A DNA stretch of 64,000 bases from Oscillospiraceae bacterium. GTDB lineage: Bacteria > Bacillota > Clostridia > UMGS1810. The stretch spans positions 6,660 through 70,659 of the forward strand of contig JAJXRJ010000006.1 in the NCBI GenBank assembly GCA_021629085.1. Direction: 5' to 3'. Positions 18,864 through 28,808 of the stretch are shown piece by piece. Within the stretch, counting starts at the first letter, position 1; each line of letters starts with the position of its first letter. Made by a program: the position numbers and the translations under genes. The notes beneath the pieces were generated by a model. It had not been told where the DNA came from. It did not search any database and worked only from the letters and a program-made list of their open reading frames with translations.

Positions 18864-19646
18864 CTATTCCTCCTTTCCCCAATTCCGATTCTTTTTCGCC
18901 ACTTCTTTGGCAAGGCTTAAATATCCTTCCGCACCCCTGGAGTGGCGGTCGTAAATATTGATAGGCTGCCCATAGCTGGGCGCCTCGCTCAGCCGCACAT
19001 TGCGCGGGATGACCGATGCATACACCTTATCGGGGTAAAACCGCTTCACCTCGTCTGCCACCTGGATAGACAGATTGGTGCGCCCATCGAACATGGTGAG
19101 CAGCACGCCTTCAATATCCAGCGCCGCATTTAGCCCTTTTTTCACTTGCCGCACTGTACGGATAAGCTGGCTGAGCCCTTCAAGCGCATAATATTCGCAC
19201 TGAATTGGGATTAAAATCGTATCTGCGCATACAAAGGCATTGAGCGTAAGCAATCCCAGCGACGGCGGGCAGTCAATGATGATATAGTCATAGTCCCCTT
19301 TGACGTTTGCAATTGCTTCTTTTAAAATCATTTCCCGTTTATTTTGACTCACCAACTCAATTTCTGCGCCCGCGAGCTCAATATTGGACGGGCAAATCCA
19401 TAAATTTTGAAATCCAGTGTCCCGCACAGCCTCCGCAACTGACATCTGATTGATTAATACGTCGTAAACCGTTGCATCATCTTTCAAAAGTTCCACACCC
19501 ACGCCGCTTGTCGCGTTGCCTTGCGGGTCAAAATCCACCAGCAATACGCGTTTTTTTAACGTGCCCAGCGCTGCGCTCAAGTTAATGGCCGTGGTTGTTT
19601 TGCCCACGCCGCCTTTTTGATTTGCCACCGCAATACATTTTCCCAT
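18864..19646 (-). CDS. parA: Chromosome partitioning ATPase ParA (Soj)
   Basis: Start at MGKCIAVANQKGGVGKTT (deviant Walker A) at 19646. The ORF-track 5' extension to 19817 has no homology-like content. Confidence 0.92.
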   Translation of the reverse strand: MGKCIAVANQKGGVGKTTTAINLSAALGTLKKRVLLVDFDPQGNATSGVGVELLKDDATVYDVLINQMSVAEAVRDTGFQNLWICPSNIELAGAEIELVSQNKREMILKEAIANVKGDYDYIIIDCPPSLGLLTLNAFVCADTILIPIQCEYYALEGLSQLIRTVRQVKKGLNAALDIEGVLLTMFDGRTNLSIQVADEVKRFYPDKVYASVIPRNVRLSEAPSYGQPINIYDRHSRGAEGYLSLAKEVAKKNRNWGKEE

Positions 19647-19740
19647 GCATCTGCCTCTTTTCCTCTGTTTTGCAGGCTTGTCCGTCCGGCTGATTGACAC
19701 AAGTTTTCCACACCGGGCACCTGTGAGAAATCGCAGCATA

Positions 19741-19802
19741 ATAAAAACAAGACCGGACAGCGCCCCAGCGATTCCACTCGCTGCACCTATGGTGGTCTTG
19801 TT
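19741..19802 (-). terminator. Probable intrinsic terminator of the gyrB-gyrA-thioesterase unit (compound hairpin)
   Basis: On the minus strand, AACAAGACC (19802-19794) pairs perfectly over 9 bp with GGUCUUGUU (19754-19746). It encloses an inner 6-bp hairpin, CAGCGA/UCGCUG (plus-strand 19766-19771 / 19778-19783), and is followed by UUUAUUAU. Confidence 0.5.
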
Positions 19803-19820
19803 CCTATTATAACACAAAAA

Positions 19821-19836
19821 TGTTCCATGTGGAACA
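19821..19836. other. parS: parS centromere-like site (one central mismatch)
   Basis: TGTTCCATGTGGAACA differs from the 17869 copy only at the central CG>TG position. It lies 25 nt downstream of the thioesterase stop, upstream of parA. Confidence 0.75.
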
Positions 19837-19861
19837 TTTTTTGTAAATTTTTATAAAAATT

Positions 19862-20353
19862 TTAAAACCCTTCACTTCGCCGATGGTTGCGCAGCTCCCG
19901 GCGGCGTTTCGCCGCTTCCCATTCCGCCTTTTCCTGGTCATTGGAAAGAATAAGCGGCGGCACTTCTACAGGCTTTCCCGCACCGTCAATGGCGACCATC
20001 ACCACATAGGCACGATTGACATTCCGGCGCATCCCGCTTAAATTTTCCACATAGGTGTCCACCCGAACTTCCATAGAAGTCCTGCCAACATAGGTGATAC
20101 GGCCTTCCAGCACCAATGCATCATTGCTGTATGCGCCCGATTTAAATACCAAATTATCCACTGCCGCGGTTGTCACATTATAACCGCTATGCCGGCGTGC
20201 AGTAACGGCTGCCACCACATCAATCCATTCCATCAGTTTCCCGCCAAACAGCCGTCCAGCGCCGTTGATGTGCGGCGGCATTAAAATTTGAATTTGTTCT
20301 GTGCACGAATCTTCCACTGTTTTTCCCTGTTTTTCCGCCTGCTGCATACGCAT
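19862..20353 (-). CDS. Acyl-CoA thioesterase (hotdog fold, YciA/BFIT-like)
   Basis: MRMQQAEK... start at 20353 with a GGAGG Shine-Dalgarno sequence, 10 nt after the gyrA stop. Hotdog-thioesterase sequence (HINGAGRLFGGKLMEWIDVVAAVTARRH...VGRTSMEV). Confidence 0.8.
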   Translation of the reverse strand: MRMQQAEKQGKTVEDSCTEQIQILMPPHINGAGRLFGGKLMEWIDVVAAVTARRHSGYNVTTAAVDNLVFKSGAYSNDALVLEGRITYVGRTSMEVRVDTYVENLSGMRRNVNRAYVVMVAIDGAGKPVEVPPLILSNDQEKAEWEAAKRRRELRNHRRSEGF

Positions 20354-20363
20354 GCCTCCATTT

Positions 20364-22826
20364 TTATGCCTGCGGCGCCTCTTCTGCCGCTTGTTCCTCC
20401 GCTTCGTCCTCTTCTTCCCGCTCTGTGCGCGTAATGGACACCACTTTGACGTCGTCATCCAGCCGCATGACGCGTACGCCCTGCGTAGCACGCCCAAAGG
20501 TGCTGATTTCCTGCACAGCCGTGCGGATAATGATGCCGTCTGAGGTAATCATCATCACATCGTCATCCTCTGTCACCACATCCATGCCCGCAATATCGCC
20601 GGTTTTATCCGTAATGCGGTAGCCAGTAACGCCTTTTCCGCCGCGGTTTTGTACTTTAAATTCCGAAAGCGATGTCTTTTTGCCATAACCGCTCTCTGTC
20701 ACTGTGAGCAACGTGGCATCATCTTGACATAAACTTGCACCCACAACGACATCCCCGTCGTTTAAGTTGATGCCGCGCACGCCGCCTGCACCCCGGCCCA
20801 TGGGCCGCACATCCGTTTCATTAAAGCGGATACACATGCCTTTTTTGGTGCCCAAAATCAGGTCGTTCTTGCCGTCTGTGAGCTCCACCTTGATAAGCTC
20901 GTCGCCCTCGCGCAGCCCAATGGCAATGAGCCCGCCCTTGCGCGCGGTGTCATAATCGGTGAGCGCCGTCTTTTTCACCACACCGTTTTTGGTCACCATA
21001 GTTAAATATTTCCCATCTTCGAAGTCTTTTAACGGAATGAGCGCAGTTATTTTTTCACCGTTTTCAATGGGCAGCAAGTTGACAATGGCCGTGCCTTTTG
21101 CCTGCCGGCCCGCCTCTGGGATCTGATAGGTTTTGAGCTTATACATCCGGCCGAGATTGGTGAAGAATAAGATATAATTATGGGTGGACGTAACAAACAG
21201 GGTTTCCACAAAGTCTTCGTCCCGCGTGCTTAAGCCAGAAATCCCCCGGCCGCCGCGGTGCTGCGTTTTATAAGTGGATGCGGGCAGACGCTTGATGTAG
21301 CCAAAATGCGTCATGGTCACCACGTTGTCCTCTTCTTCAATCAAATCTTCAATGTCAATTTCGTCCATACTCATGGTGATTTCGGTACGGCGTTCATCCC
21401 CGTATTTTTCCTTAATCTCCAGCAGTTCCTCTTTGATGATGTGAAGCACCTTATGTTCATCCGCAAGGATTTCCTTGTATTCTTCAATCTGCTTTAACAG
21501 TTGTGCATATTCTGTCTCAATCTTTTCTTTTTCAAGCCCCTGCAATCTTGCCAGGCGCATGTCCAAAATGGCCTGTGCCTGGATTTCAGAAAACCCAAAC
21601 CGCTCCATTAAACGGGGCTTTGCGTCGTTATATGCCGCGCGGATGATACGGATGATTTCGTCAATATTGTCCAGCGCAATTTTTAACCCCTCTAAAATAT
21701 GCGCACGCGCTTCCGCCTTTTTTAAGTCAAACTGTGTACGCCGCACAATGACCTGCTCTTGGAACGCGATGTAATTGTCCAAAATTTCGCGCAAATTTAG
21801 CACCTTTGGCTGATTGTCCACCAGCGCCAGCAAAATCACGCCAAACGATTCCTGCATTTGGCTGAATTTGTAAAGCTGGTTGAGCACCACATTTGCGTTG
21901 GCATCGCGCTTTAATTCAATGACCACGCGCATACCGTCGCGGTCCGATTCGTCGCGCAAATCTGAAATGCCTTCCACCCGTTTTTCCTTGACCAAATCGG
22001 CAATGCGCTCTAAAAGCCGCGCCTTGTTGACCTGATAGGGAAGCTCGGTCACCACAATGCGCTCGCGGTCATTGCCCATGGTTTCAATTTCCGCCCGTGC
22101 GCGCACCACAATTTTGCCGCGCCCGGTGGTGTATGCCCGGTGAATGCCTGCTGTCCCCATAATGATACCATAAGTGGGGAAGTCCGGCCCTTTGATGTAT
22201 GAAATGAGCTCGTCAATGGTAATTTCCGGGTTGTCAATTACAGCAATTACGCCGTTTATCACCTCGGTGAGGTTGTGGGGCGGGATGTTTGTCGCCATGC
22301 CGACCGCAATGCCCGAAGATCCGTTGACCAAAAGGCTCGGGATGCGGGAGGGGAGCACAACCGGTTCCTTTAACCGCTCGTCAAAGTTCGGCATAAAGTC
22401 GACCGTTTCTTTATCAATGTCGCGCAGCATGAGCATCGCAATTTTTGACATGCGCGCCTCGGTATAACGGTAGGCGGCCGCTGTGTCCCCGTCCACCGAA
22501 CCAAAGTTTCCATGCCCGTCAATTAATGGATAGCGCAGGGAAAAGTCCTGTGCCATGCGGACTAAGCTGTCATAGACTGCCGCGTCGCCGTGGGGATGAT
22601 ACCGGCCCAGCACGTCGCCAACCGTGGTGGCACACTTGCGGTAGGGCTTGTCTGGCGTAAAGCCATCCTCGTTCATAGTATACAAAATGCGCCGGTGCAC
22701 AGGCTTTAATCCGTCCCGCACATCGGGCAGCGCACGGCCCACAATGACGCTCATGGAATACGCAATGTAGGATTTTTTCATCTCCCGGCTGATTTCAACC
22801 GGTATAATCTTCTCGTTTTGTGCCAT
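20364..22826 (-). CDS. gyrA: DNA gyrase subunit A
   Basis: 820 aa with an N-terminal AYSMSVIVGRALPDVRDGLKPVHRR, the active-site region YHPHGD and a C-terminal beta-pinwheel repeat region with an acidic tail. Confidence 0.97.
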   Translation of the reverse strand: MAQNEKIIPVEISREMKKSYIAYSMSVIVGRALPDVRDGLKPVHRRILYTMNEDGFTPDKPYRKCATTVGDVLGRYHPHGDAAVYDSLVRMAQDFSLRYPLIDGHGNFGSVDGDTAAAYRYTEARMSKIAMLMLRDIDKETVDFMPNFDERLKEPVVLPSRIPSLLVNGSSGIAVGMATNIPPHNLTEVINGVIAVIDNPEITIDELISYIKGPDFPTYGIIMGTAGIHRAYTTGRGKIVVRARAEIETMGNDRERIVVTELPYQVNKARLLERIADLVKEKRVEGISDLRDESDRDGMRVVIELKRDANANVVLNQLYKFSQMQESFGVILLALVDNQPKVLNLREILDNYIAFQEQVIVRRTQFDLKKAEARAHILEGLKIALDNIDEIIRIIRAAYNDAKPRLMERFGFSEIQAQAILDMRLARLQGLEKEKIETEYAQLLKQIEEYKEILADEHKVLHIIKEELLEIKEKYGDERRTEITMSMDEIDIEDLIEEEDNVVTMTHFGYIKRLPASTYKTQHRGGRGISGLSTRDEDFVETLFVTSTHNYILFFTNLGRMYKLKTYQIPEAGRQAKGTAIVNLLPIENGEKITALIPLKDFEDGKYLTMVTKNGVVKKTALTDYDTARKGGLIAIGLREGDELIKVELTDGKNDLILGTKKGMCIRFNETDVRPMGRGAGGVRGINLNDGDVVVGASLCQDDATLLTVTESGYGKKTSLSEFKVQNRGGKGVTGYRITDKTGDIAGMDVVTEDDDVMMITSDGIIIRTAVQEISTFGRATQGVRVMRLDDDVKVVSITRTEREEEDEAEEQAAEEAPQA

Positions 22827-22860
22827 AATCTAAAGTTCCTTTCTGCCGAAAGCGCATATG

Positions 22861-24798
<1,938 letters not shown>

Positions 24799-24810
24799 TC
24801 ATAACTCTAT

Positions 24811-24832
24811 TTAAAACGGCAAACCCTTGCCG
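24811..24832 (-). terminator. Intrinsic terminator/attenuator between the DUF370 gene and gyrB
   Basis: The minus strand reads CGGCAA-GGGU-UUGCCG followed by UUUUAAAU. Confidence 0.5.
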
Positions 24833-24839
24833 GAAATGC

Positions 24840-25106
24840 CTAATATTCTTTCATTTGCGCACGTTTTAGAAGCGTTGATGCCGCAATGGGAGAGATATAG
24901 AGCACCGTTTTGCCGCCCGTTTCGCAAAGTACATACGACTTGGGCAGGTTTTCCATATCCACATTCACCACATTGTCCCGCATTTGCTCTGTTTTTAAAA
25001 ATTCCTTTGTGATGTTGGACAAAGAGGTGCTCTCCATGTCCATAATGGCCAAAATTTCTTCCTTTGCCACCACCAAATCGCCGCCAATGTGCAAAAACAT
25101 TACCAT
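24840..25106 (-). CDS. DUF370 domain protein (RemB/YaaB-like)
   Basis: About 86-88 aa (MFLHIGGDLVVAKEEILAIMD...ISPIAASTLLKRAQ) in the conserved recF-gyrB position occupied by B. subtilis yaaB/remB. The start is 25106 or 25100. Confidence 0.8.
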   Translation of the reverse strand: MVMFLHIGGDLVVAKEEILAIMDMESTSLSNITKEFLKTEQMRDNVVNVDMENLPKSYVLCETGGKTVLYISPIAASTLLKRAQMKEY

Positions 25107-26182
25107 TCCTCCAAAAATGCCTGCGCGTTTTTTATGTGATACAGCCGTTTGTCTGCGCCCATACTATTTTGTACGCGCTCTGTGCAGGTGATAAACACCT
25201 GCCGCCCTTTGATTTTTTCCAATAGATACGACCGCCGTGCATCGTCCAGTTCGCTTGTGATGTCGTCCAGGAGCAGTACGGGATATTCCCCTGTCAGGCT
25301 TTTGATGACTTCGCTTTCCGCAATTTTTAACGCAATCACCAAGCTTCGCTGCTGCCCCTGCGAACCATAAAGCTTCCCGCTTTTTTGATTGATGGTCCAC
25401 AAAAAATCGTCGCGGTGCGGGCCGATTAAACACATACGCATTTCTAACTCGCGCCGTTTGTGCAGGTTGAGCGCCTCGTACACCGCATCTTTTTTATCCG
25501 CATCCTCTTTCACAGAGGGAAGATAGGTGAGCGCAAGCTGCTCTTTGCCGCCCGAAAGCTCTAGCATGGATTCGCGTGCAAATGGTTCTAATGCGTTTAG
25601 CATACGCCTTCTGTAAGACGCAATCACCGCTGCGTACTCTGAAAGCCTTTCATTCCAAATGTCAAATATCGCGTCGTCTTTTGTGCCGCTTTTTAAATAG
25701 GCATTTTTTTGCTTGAGCGCTTTAAAATAAGCCATTAAGCTTTTAAAATACACTGGGTAGAGCGAACTTAAAAATGCGTCTAAAAACTGCCGCCGCATGC
25801 CAGGCCCGCTCTTTACCAGGCTTAAGTGCTCTGGTGTGAAAATGACGGCCTTTAGCACCCCTACAAGCTCGCTTAACCGCTCAAGGCCAATGCCGTTTAA
25901 CAGCACGCGCTTGGTATCATCCAAAAAAATCTGCACCGTCTGGCCGCGCCCGCCTGCCAAAAACGACGCGCCAAGCTCCGCCCTTTTTTCGCCAAACAAA
26001 ATGACTTCCCGATCTTTCGCACCGCGATAGGATTTCCCGTTGCAAAAAAAATACAGCGCTTCAATGATGTTGGTTTTGCCTTGACCGTTTGCGCCGTAAA
26101 ACACGTTTGCGCCTGCGCCGAATGAAAGGGAAAGCTCGGCATAGTTCCTAAAATTAGTAAGATGCATAGATTCGATTTTCAT
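25100..26182 (-). CDS. recF: DNA replication and repair protein RecF
   Basis: 360 aa with the Walker A motif GANGQGKTNIIEA, the signature SQGQQRSL and the Walker B motif VLLLDD. Confidence 0.95.
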   Translation of the reverse strand: MKIESMHLTNFRNYAELSLSFGAGANVFYGANGQGKTNIIEALYFFCNGKSYRGAKDREVILFGEKRAELGASFLAGGRGQTVQIFLDDTKRVLLNGIGLERLSELVGVLKAVIFTPEHLSLVKSGPGMRRQFLDAFLSSLYPVYFKSLMAYFKALKQKNAYLKSGTKDDAIFDIWNERLSEYAAVIASYRRRMLNALEPFARESMLELSGGKEQLALTYLPSVKEDADKKDAVYEALNLHKRRELEMRMCLIGPHRDDFLWTINQKSGKLYGSQGQQRSLVIALKIAESEVIKSLTGEYPVLLLDDITSELDDARRSYLLEKIKGRQVFITCTERVQNSMGADKRLYHIKNAQAFLEEW

Positions 26183-26406
26183 GCGCTCAAAACCTTGATA
26201 CGCACGGGCGCATCTTGGATGCCGTGCACCTCTACCAAATCGCCTGGGTACACCTTTTTCCCGCGCTTTACTTCCACTTCGCCGTTATATCGAACCAATC
26301 CCTGCAAAATGAGCTGCTTTGCATCAACGCCATTTTGGGAAATACCGGAAAATTTCAACAGCTGGTCGAGCTTGATAAATGGGGTTTTAATTGCAATGGT
26401 CTCCAT
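26179..26406 (-). CDS. yaaA: S4-domain RNA-binding protein YaaA
   Basis: 75 aa with an S4-like fold sequence (IKLDQLLKFSGISQNGVDAKQLILQGLVRYNGEVEVKRGKKVYPGD). It is in the conserved dnaN-recF position, with an ATGA overlap with recF. Confidence 0.85.
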   Translation of the reverse strand: METIAIKTPFIKLDQLLKFSGISQNGVDAKQLILQGLVRYNGEVEVKRGKKVYPGDLVEVHGIQDAPVRIKVLSA

Positions 26407-26418
26407 AGTTTCACCCTT

Positions 26419-27522
26419 TTAACGCTTGATTTGCCGCGGAAGCACCAAATAGAGGTATTGGTCCCCCTCTGAAGGAATCACCACGCAGGGCGATTTTTCA
26501 TCGTTAAATTCCATCACCAGCTCGTCGTCTTCCACTGCTTTTATGGTGTCTAGTAAAAATTTGATACCCAGCCCGATTTCCAAATTGCCGCCTTCATGGA
26601 AAACGGCAAGCTCTTCGTGGAAATTCCCCATTTTAGAGTAGCAGTCCACATGCAGAGCGCCGCCTTCTACTTTTAAAATGACCGGCAGCCGCGTGTCGTC
26701 ATAGTTGATGATAATCGCTGCACGTTCCACGGTTTGGGTGAACATCCTTCTATCTACCTTCACACGGATGGGATTGTTTGCCGGAATAAAGTGCGAATAG
26801 CTGATGTATTCGCCGCCCATGACGGGAGTGATCATACAAAAATTGTCAAATTCAAACATGGCATTGTTGCCCGAAAGCTTTATCACAACCGGCGTTTCAT
26901 CGTCGTTTAACACTTTCATCACTTCGTTTAAAATACGGCCCTTTAAAATAAAGTCAAACTGCTCGCCGCAGCCCTTTATGGCATGGCGGCGGATGGCCAG
27001 GCGGAACCCGTCAATGGCCACCAGTTTGGCAGAGTCATTGTCAATTTCAAATTTCACGCCGGTTAAAATGGGCCGGCTTTCGTCTGCGGCAACGGCAAAC
27101 ACGGTGTCGCGCACAATCTGTTTGAACTCTACTGACGGCATGGAGATTTCATGTTCGCCGTCAATGCGGTTTATTTCAGGATATTCTGACGCCGGCATGC
27201 CCATAATGTGAAATTTGTTGTTTTTGGTGTATATATAGGCTTCGTCTTTTTCGTTGACCTCAAAATGAATGACGCCCGCTTCTGATTTCCGCAAAATGTC
27301 AAATAAAATCCGCGCGTCCAGCACTGTTTCACCATGCTCTGAAATTTCTGCATCCATGTCACAGGCAATAGAAAGCTCTAAATTGGTGGACATTAGGCGC
27401 AAATTGTCATATGCGCAAAGCTTGATGCCCTTTAAAATCTCCATGCTGGAAGAGGGGGCAGTGGCTTTTGATACGTTGTTAACCGCGCTTAATAGTACAT
27501 CTTTGTCACAGTGAAATTTCAT
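26419..27522 (-). CDS. dnaN: DNA polymerase III beta subunit (sliding clamp)
   Basis: 367 aa (MKFHCDKDVLLSAVNNVSKA...), with three-domain clamp length and a conserved C-terminus (...YLVLPRQIKR). Confidence 0.95.
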   Translation of the reverse strand: MKFHCDKDVLLSAVNNVSKATAPSSSMEILKGIKLCAYDNLRLMSTNLELSIACDMDAEISEHGETVLDARILFDILRKSEAGVIHFEVNEKDEAYIYTKNNKFHIMGMPASEYPEINRIDGEHEISMPSVEFKQIVRDTVFAVAADESRPILTGVKFEIDNDSAKLVAIDGFRLAIRRHAIKGCGEQFDFILKGRILNEVMKVLNDDETPVVIKLSGNNAMFEFDNFCMITPVMGGEYISYSHFIPANNPIRVKVDRRMFTQTVERAAIIINYDDTRLPVILKVEGGALHVDCYSKMGNFHEELAVFHEGGNLEIGLGIKFLLDTIKAVEDDELVMEFNDEKSPCVVIPSEGDQYLYLVLPRQIKR

Positions 27523-28555
27523 AGGTTCCGTTTTCCTTTCTTAAAAGCCTGTAAACATTGGTGCAGGCCATTTTTCCTTCTTTTGTCATCACCATTACAT
27601 AAAAACAGTTCATCGCGTGGAACTGTGTGGATAAATCAAATGTGATTTCTGTTAAAATATCGTCCGTTTCGTTTTTGGAAAACGCCGTACGGGTATCCGT
27701 TAACACAAATACCCGGTTGACCGGCGAGCATTTGATGGTCAAAAGGCCATCCTCATAAAAAAGTTCGTGAAAAGTAGCGCCGGTGGACGCATAGGTTTTC
27801 TTTTGCTCCATGGCACGGATGATGCCGTCATAAGAAAATTCGTCCGCTGCAATCATGGTATAGCCGATGCCTTGCTCTTTTTCGCCGTGATTGTCGTCTG
27901 CCGCTACGCATACTAAATGCTTCCCTGCGCGCACCATCTGTTTCCATTCATAGGGGGCAAAGCCACAGTTTTGCATGGCCGAGCCGCTGTTGTAAATCTC
28001 CATGCCCCAAAGGCCTTCTAAACCAGTAAATTCGTTCAAATCCTGCAGTGACCACTGTGGATGGTTGTAGCACACCAAAAATCCGGATTCATTTGCAAGC
28101 TTGATCACATGGTTTGCATATTCTAAGCTGTAGCTGCGGGTTTCAATGGGCGGTTTGTAGTTTAAGGAGTGCGGGTCGACACCTTGTTTCTTTAAATTGT
28201 TGCACAAATATGGGTCGTCGGGATTAAATGCGATATGACAGGTGTTGTTGGGGTCTTTTGCATATAAATTTAGGTGATAGGTTTTTAAATAGTTGTAAGT
28301 ACGCTCCCTTGTTTTTTCCTCTGTGATGGAAAGCTCATACGACGTGATTGCAATAAATTCATCATCTGTCAAATCATTGTGGCTAAGAAGGTATTCATGG
28401 TCGGTAAACGCAACCACATGATACCCTTTTTCTTTATAAGCCGCTTTTATTTCTTCAGGCGTAAACTTCCCGTCTGAAAACGTGGTGTGACAGTGTAGGT
28501 TTGCCTTGTAATAGGGTTTTTCGTTTGTAATTAAAACTTGCTTCACCGCATCCAT
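27506..28555 (-). CDS. PHP (polymerase and histidinol phosphatase) family metal-dependent phosphoesterase
   Basis: 349 aa with PHP motifs LHCHTTFSDG (HxH), AFTDHE, YNHP and AADDNHG. Its last 17 nt overlap the dnaN start. The start may be ATG 28555 (Shine-Dalgarno sequence abuts it) or GTG 28546 (better spacing). Confidence 0.8.
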   Translation of the reverse strand: MDAVKQVLITNEKPYYKANLHCHTTFSDGKFTPEEIKAAYKEKGYHVVAFTDHEYLLSHNDLTDDEFIAITSYELSITEEKTRERTYNYLKTYHLNLYAKDPNNTCHIAFNPDDPYLCNNLKKQGVDPHSLNYKPPIETRSYSLEYANHVIKLANESGFLVCYNHPQWSLQDLNEFTGLEGLWGMEIYNSGSAMQNCGFAPYEWKQMVRAGKHLVCVAADDNHGEKEQGIGYTMIAADEFSYDGIIRAMEQKKTYASTGATFHELFYEDGLLTIKCSPVNRVFVLTDTRTAFSKNETDDILTEITFDLSTQFHAMNCFYVMVMTKEGKMACTNVYRLLRKENGTYEISL

Positions 28556-28808
28556 CCCCTTTATTTAATAAATATATACATAATTTATTTTTCAGAAGCA
28601 GTTATAATAGCAGCTGTTGAAAACTTGGATAACCCATTGCATCCCCTGCTATTTTGCTTTTTCTGGCTGTGGCTCATTTTTGTATAATTTGCGTTCACAA
28701 TCCACAAAACCCACAAGAGGAGTATGTTGGGACCATTAAAAAAATTTTTCCACACAAAATACACAGGCTGGTTATCCAGGTATCCACAAAAAGCTTGTGG
28801 ATAACAAA
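28556..28808. other. oriC: oriC, downstream module: DnaA-box cluster plus AT-rich unwinding-type region
   Basis: DnaA boxes: TGTGGATAA 28796-28804 (perfect), GTATCCACA 28780-28788, TTATCCAGG 28772-28780, TTTTCCACA 28746-28754, AATCCACA 28699-28706, TTGGATAAC 28625-28633. AT-rich block TTATTTAATAAATATATACATAATTTATTTTT at 28561-28592. Confidence 0.8.

Noticed and set aside
27610-27625. parS-like half-site (CGCGTGGAAC) inside the PHP gene.
   Set aside because: Only the right half matches. The left half does not, so it is not a parS. The adjacent perfect DnaA box is reported under the PHP finding instead.
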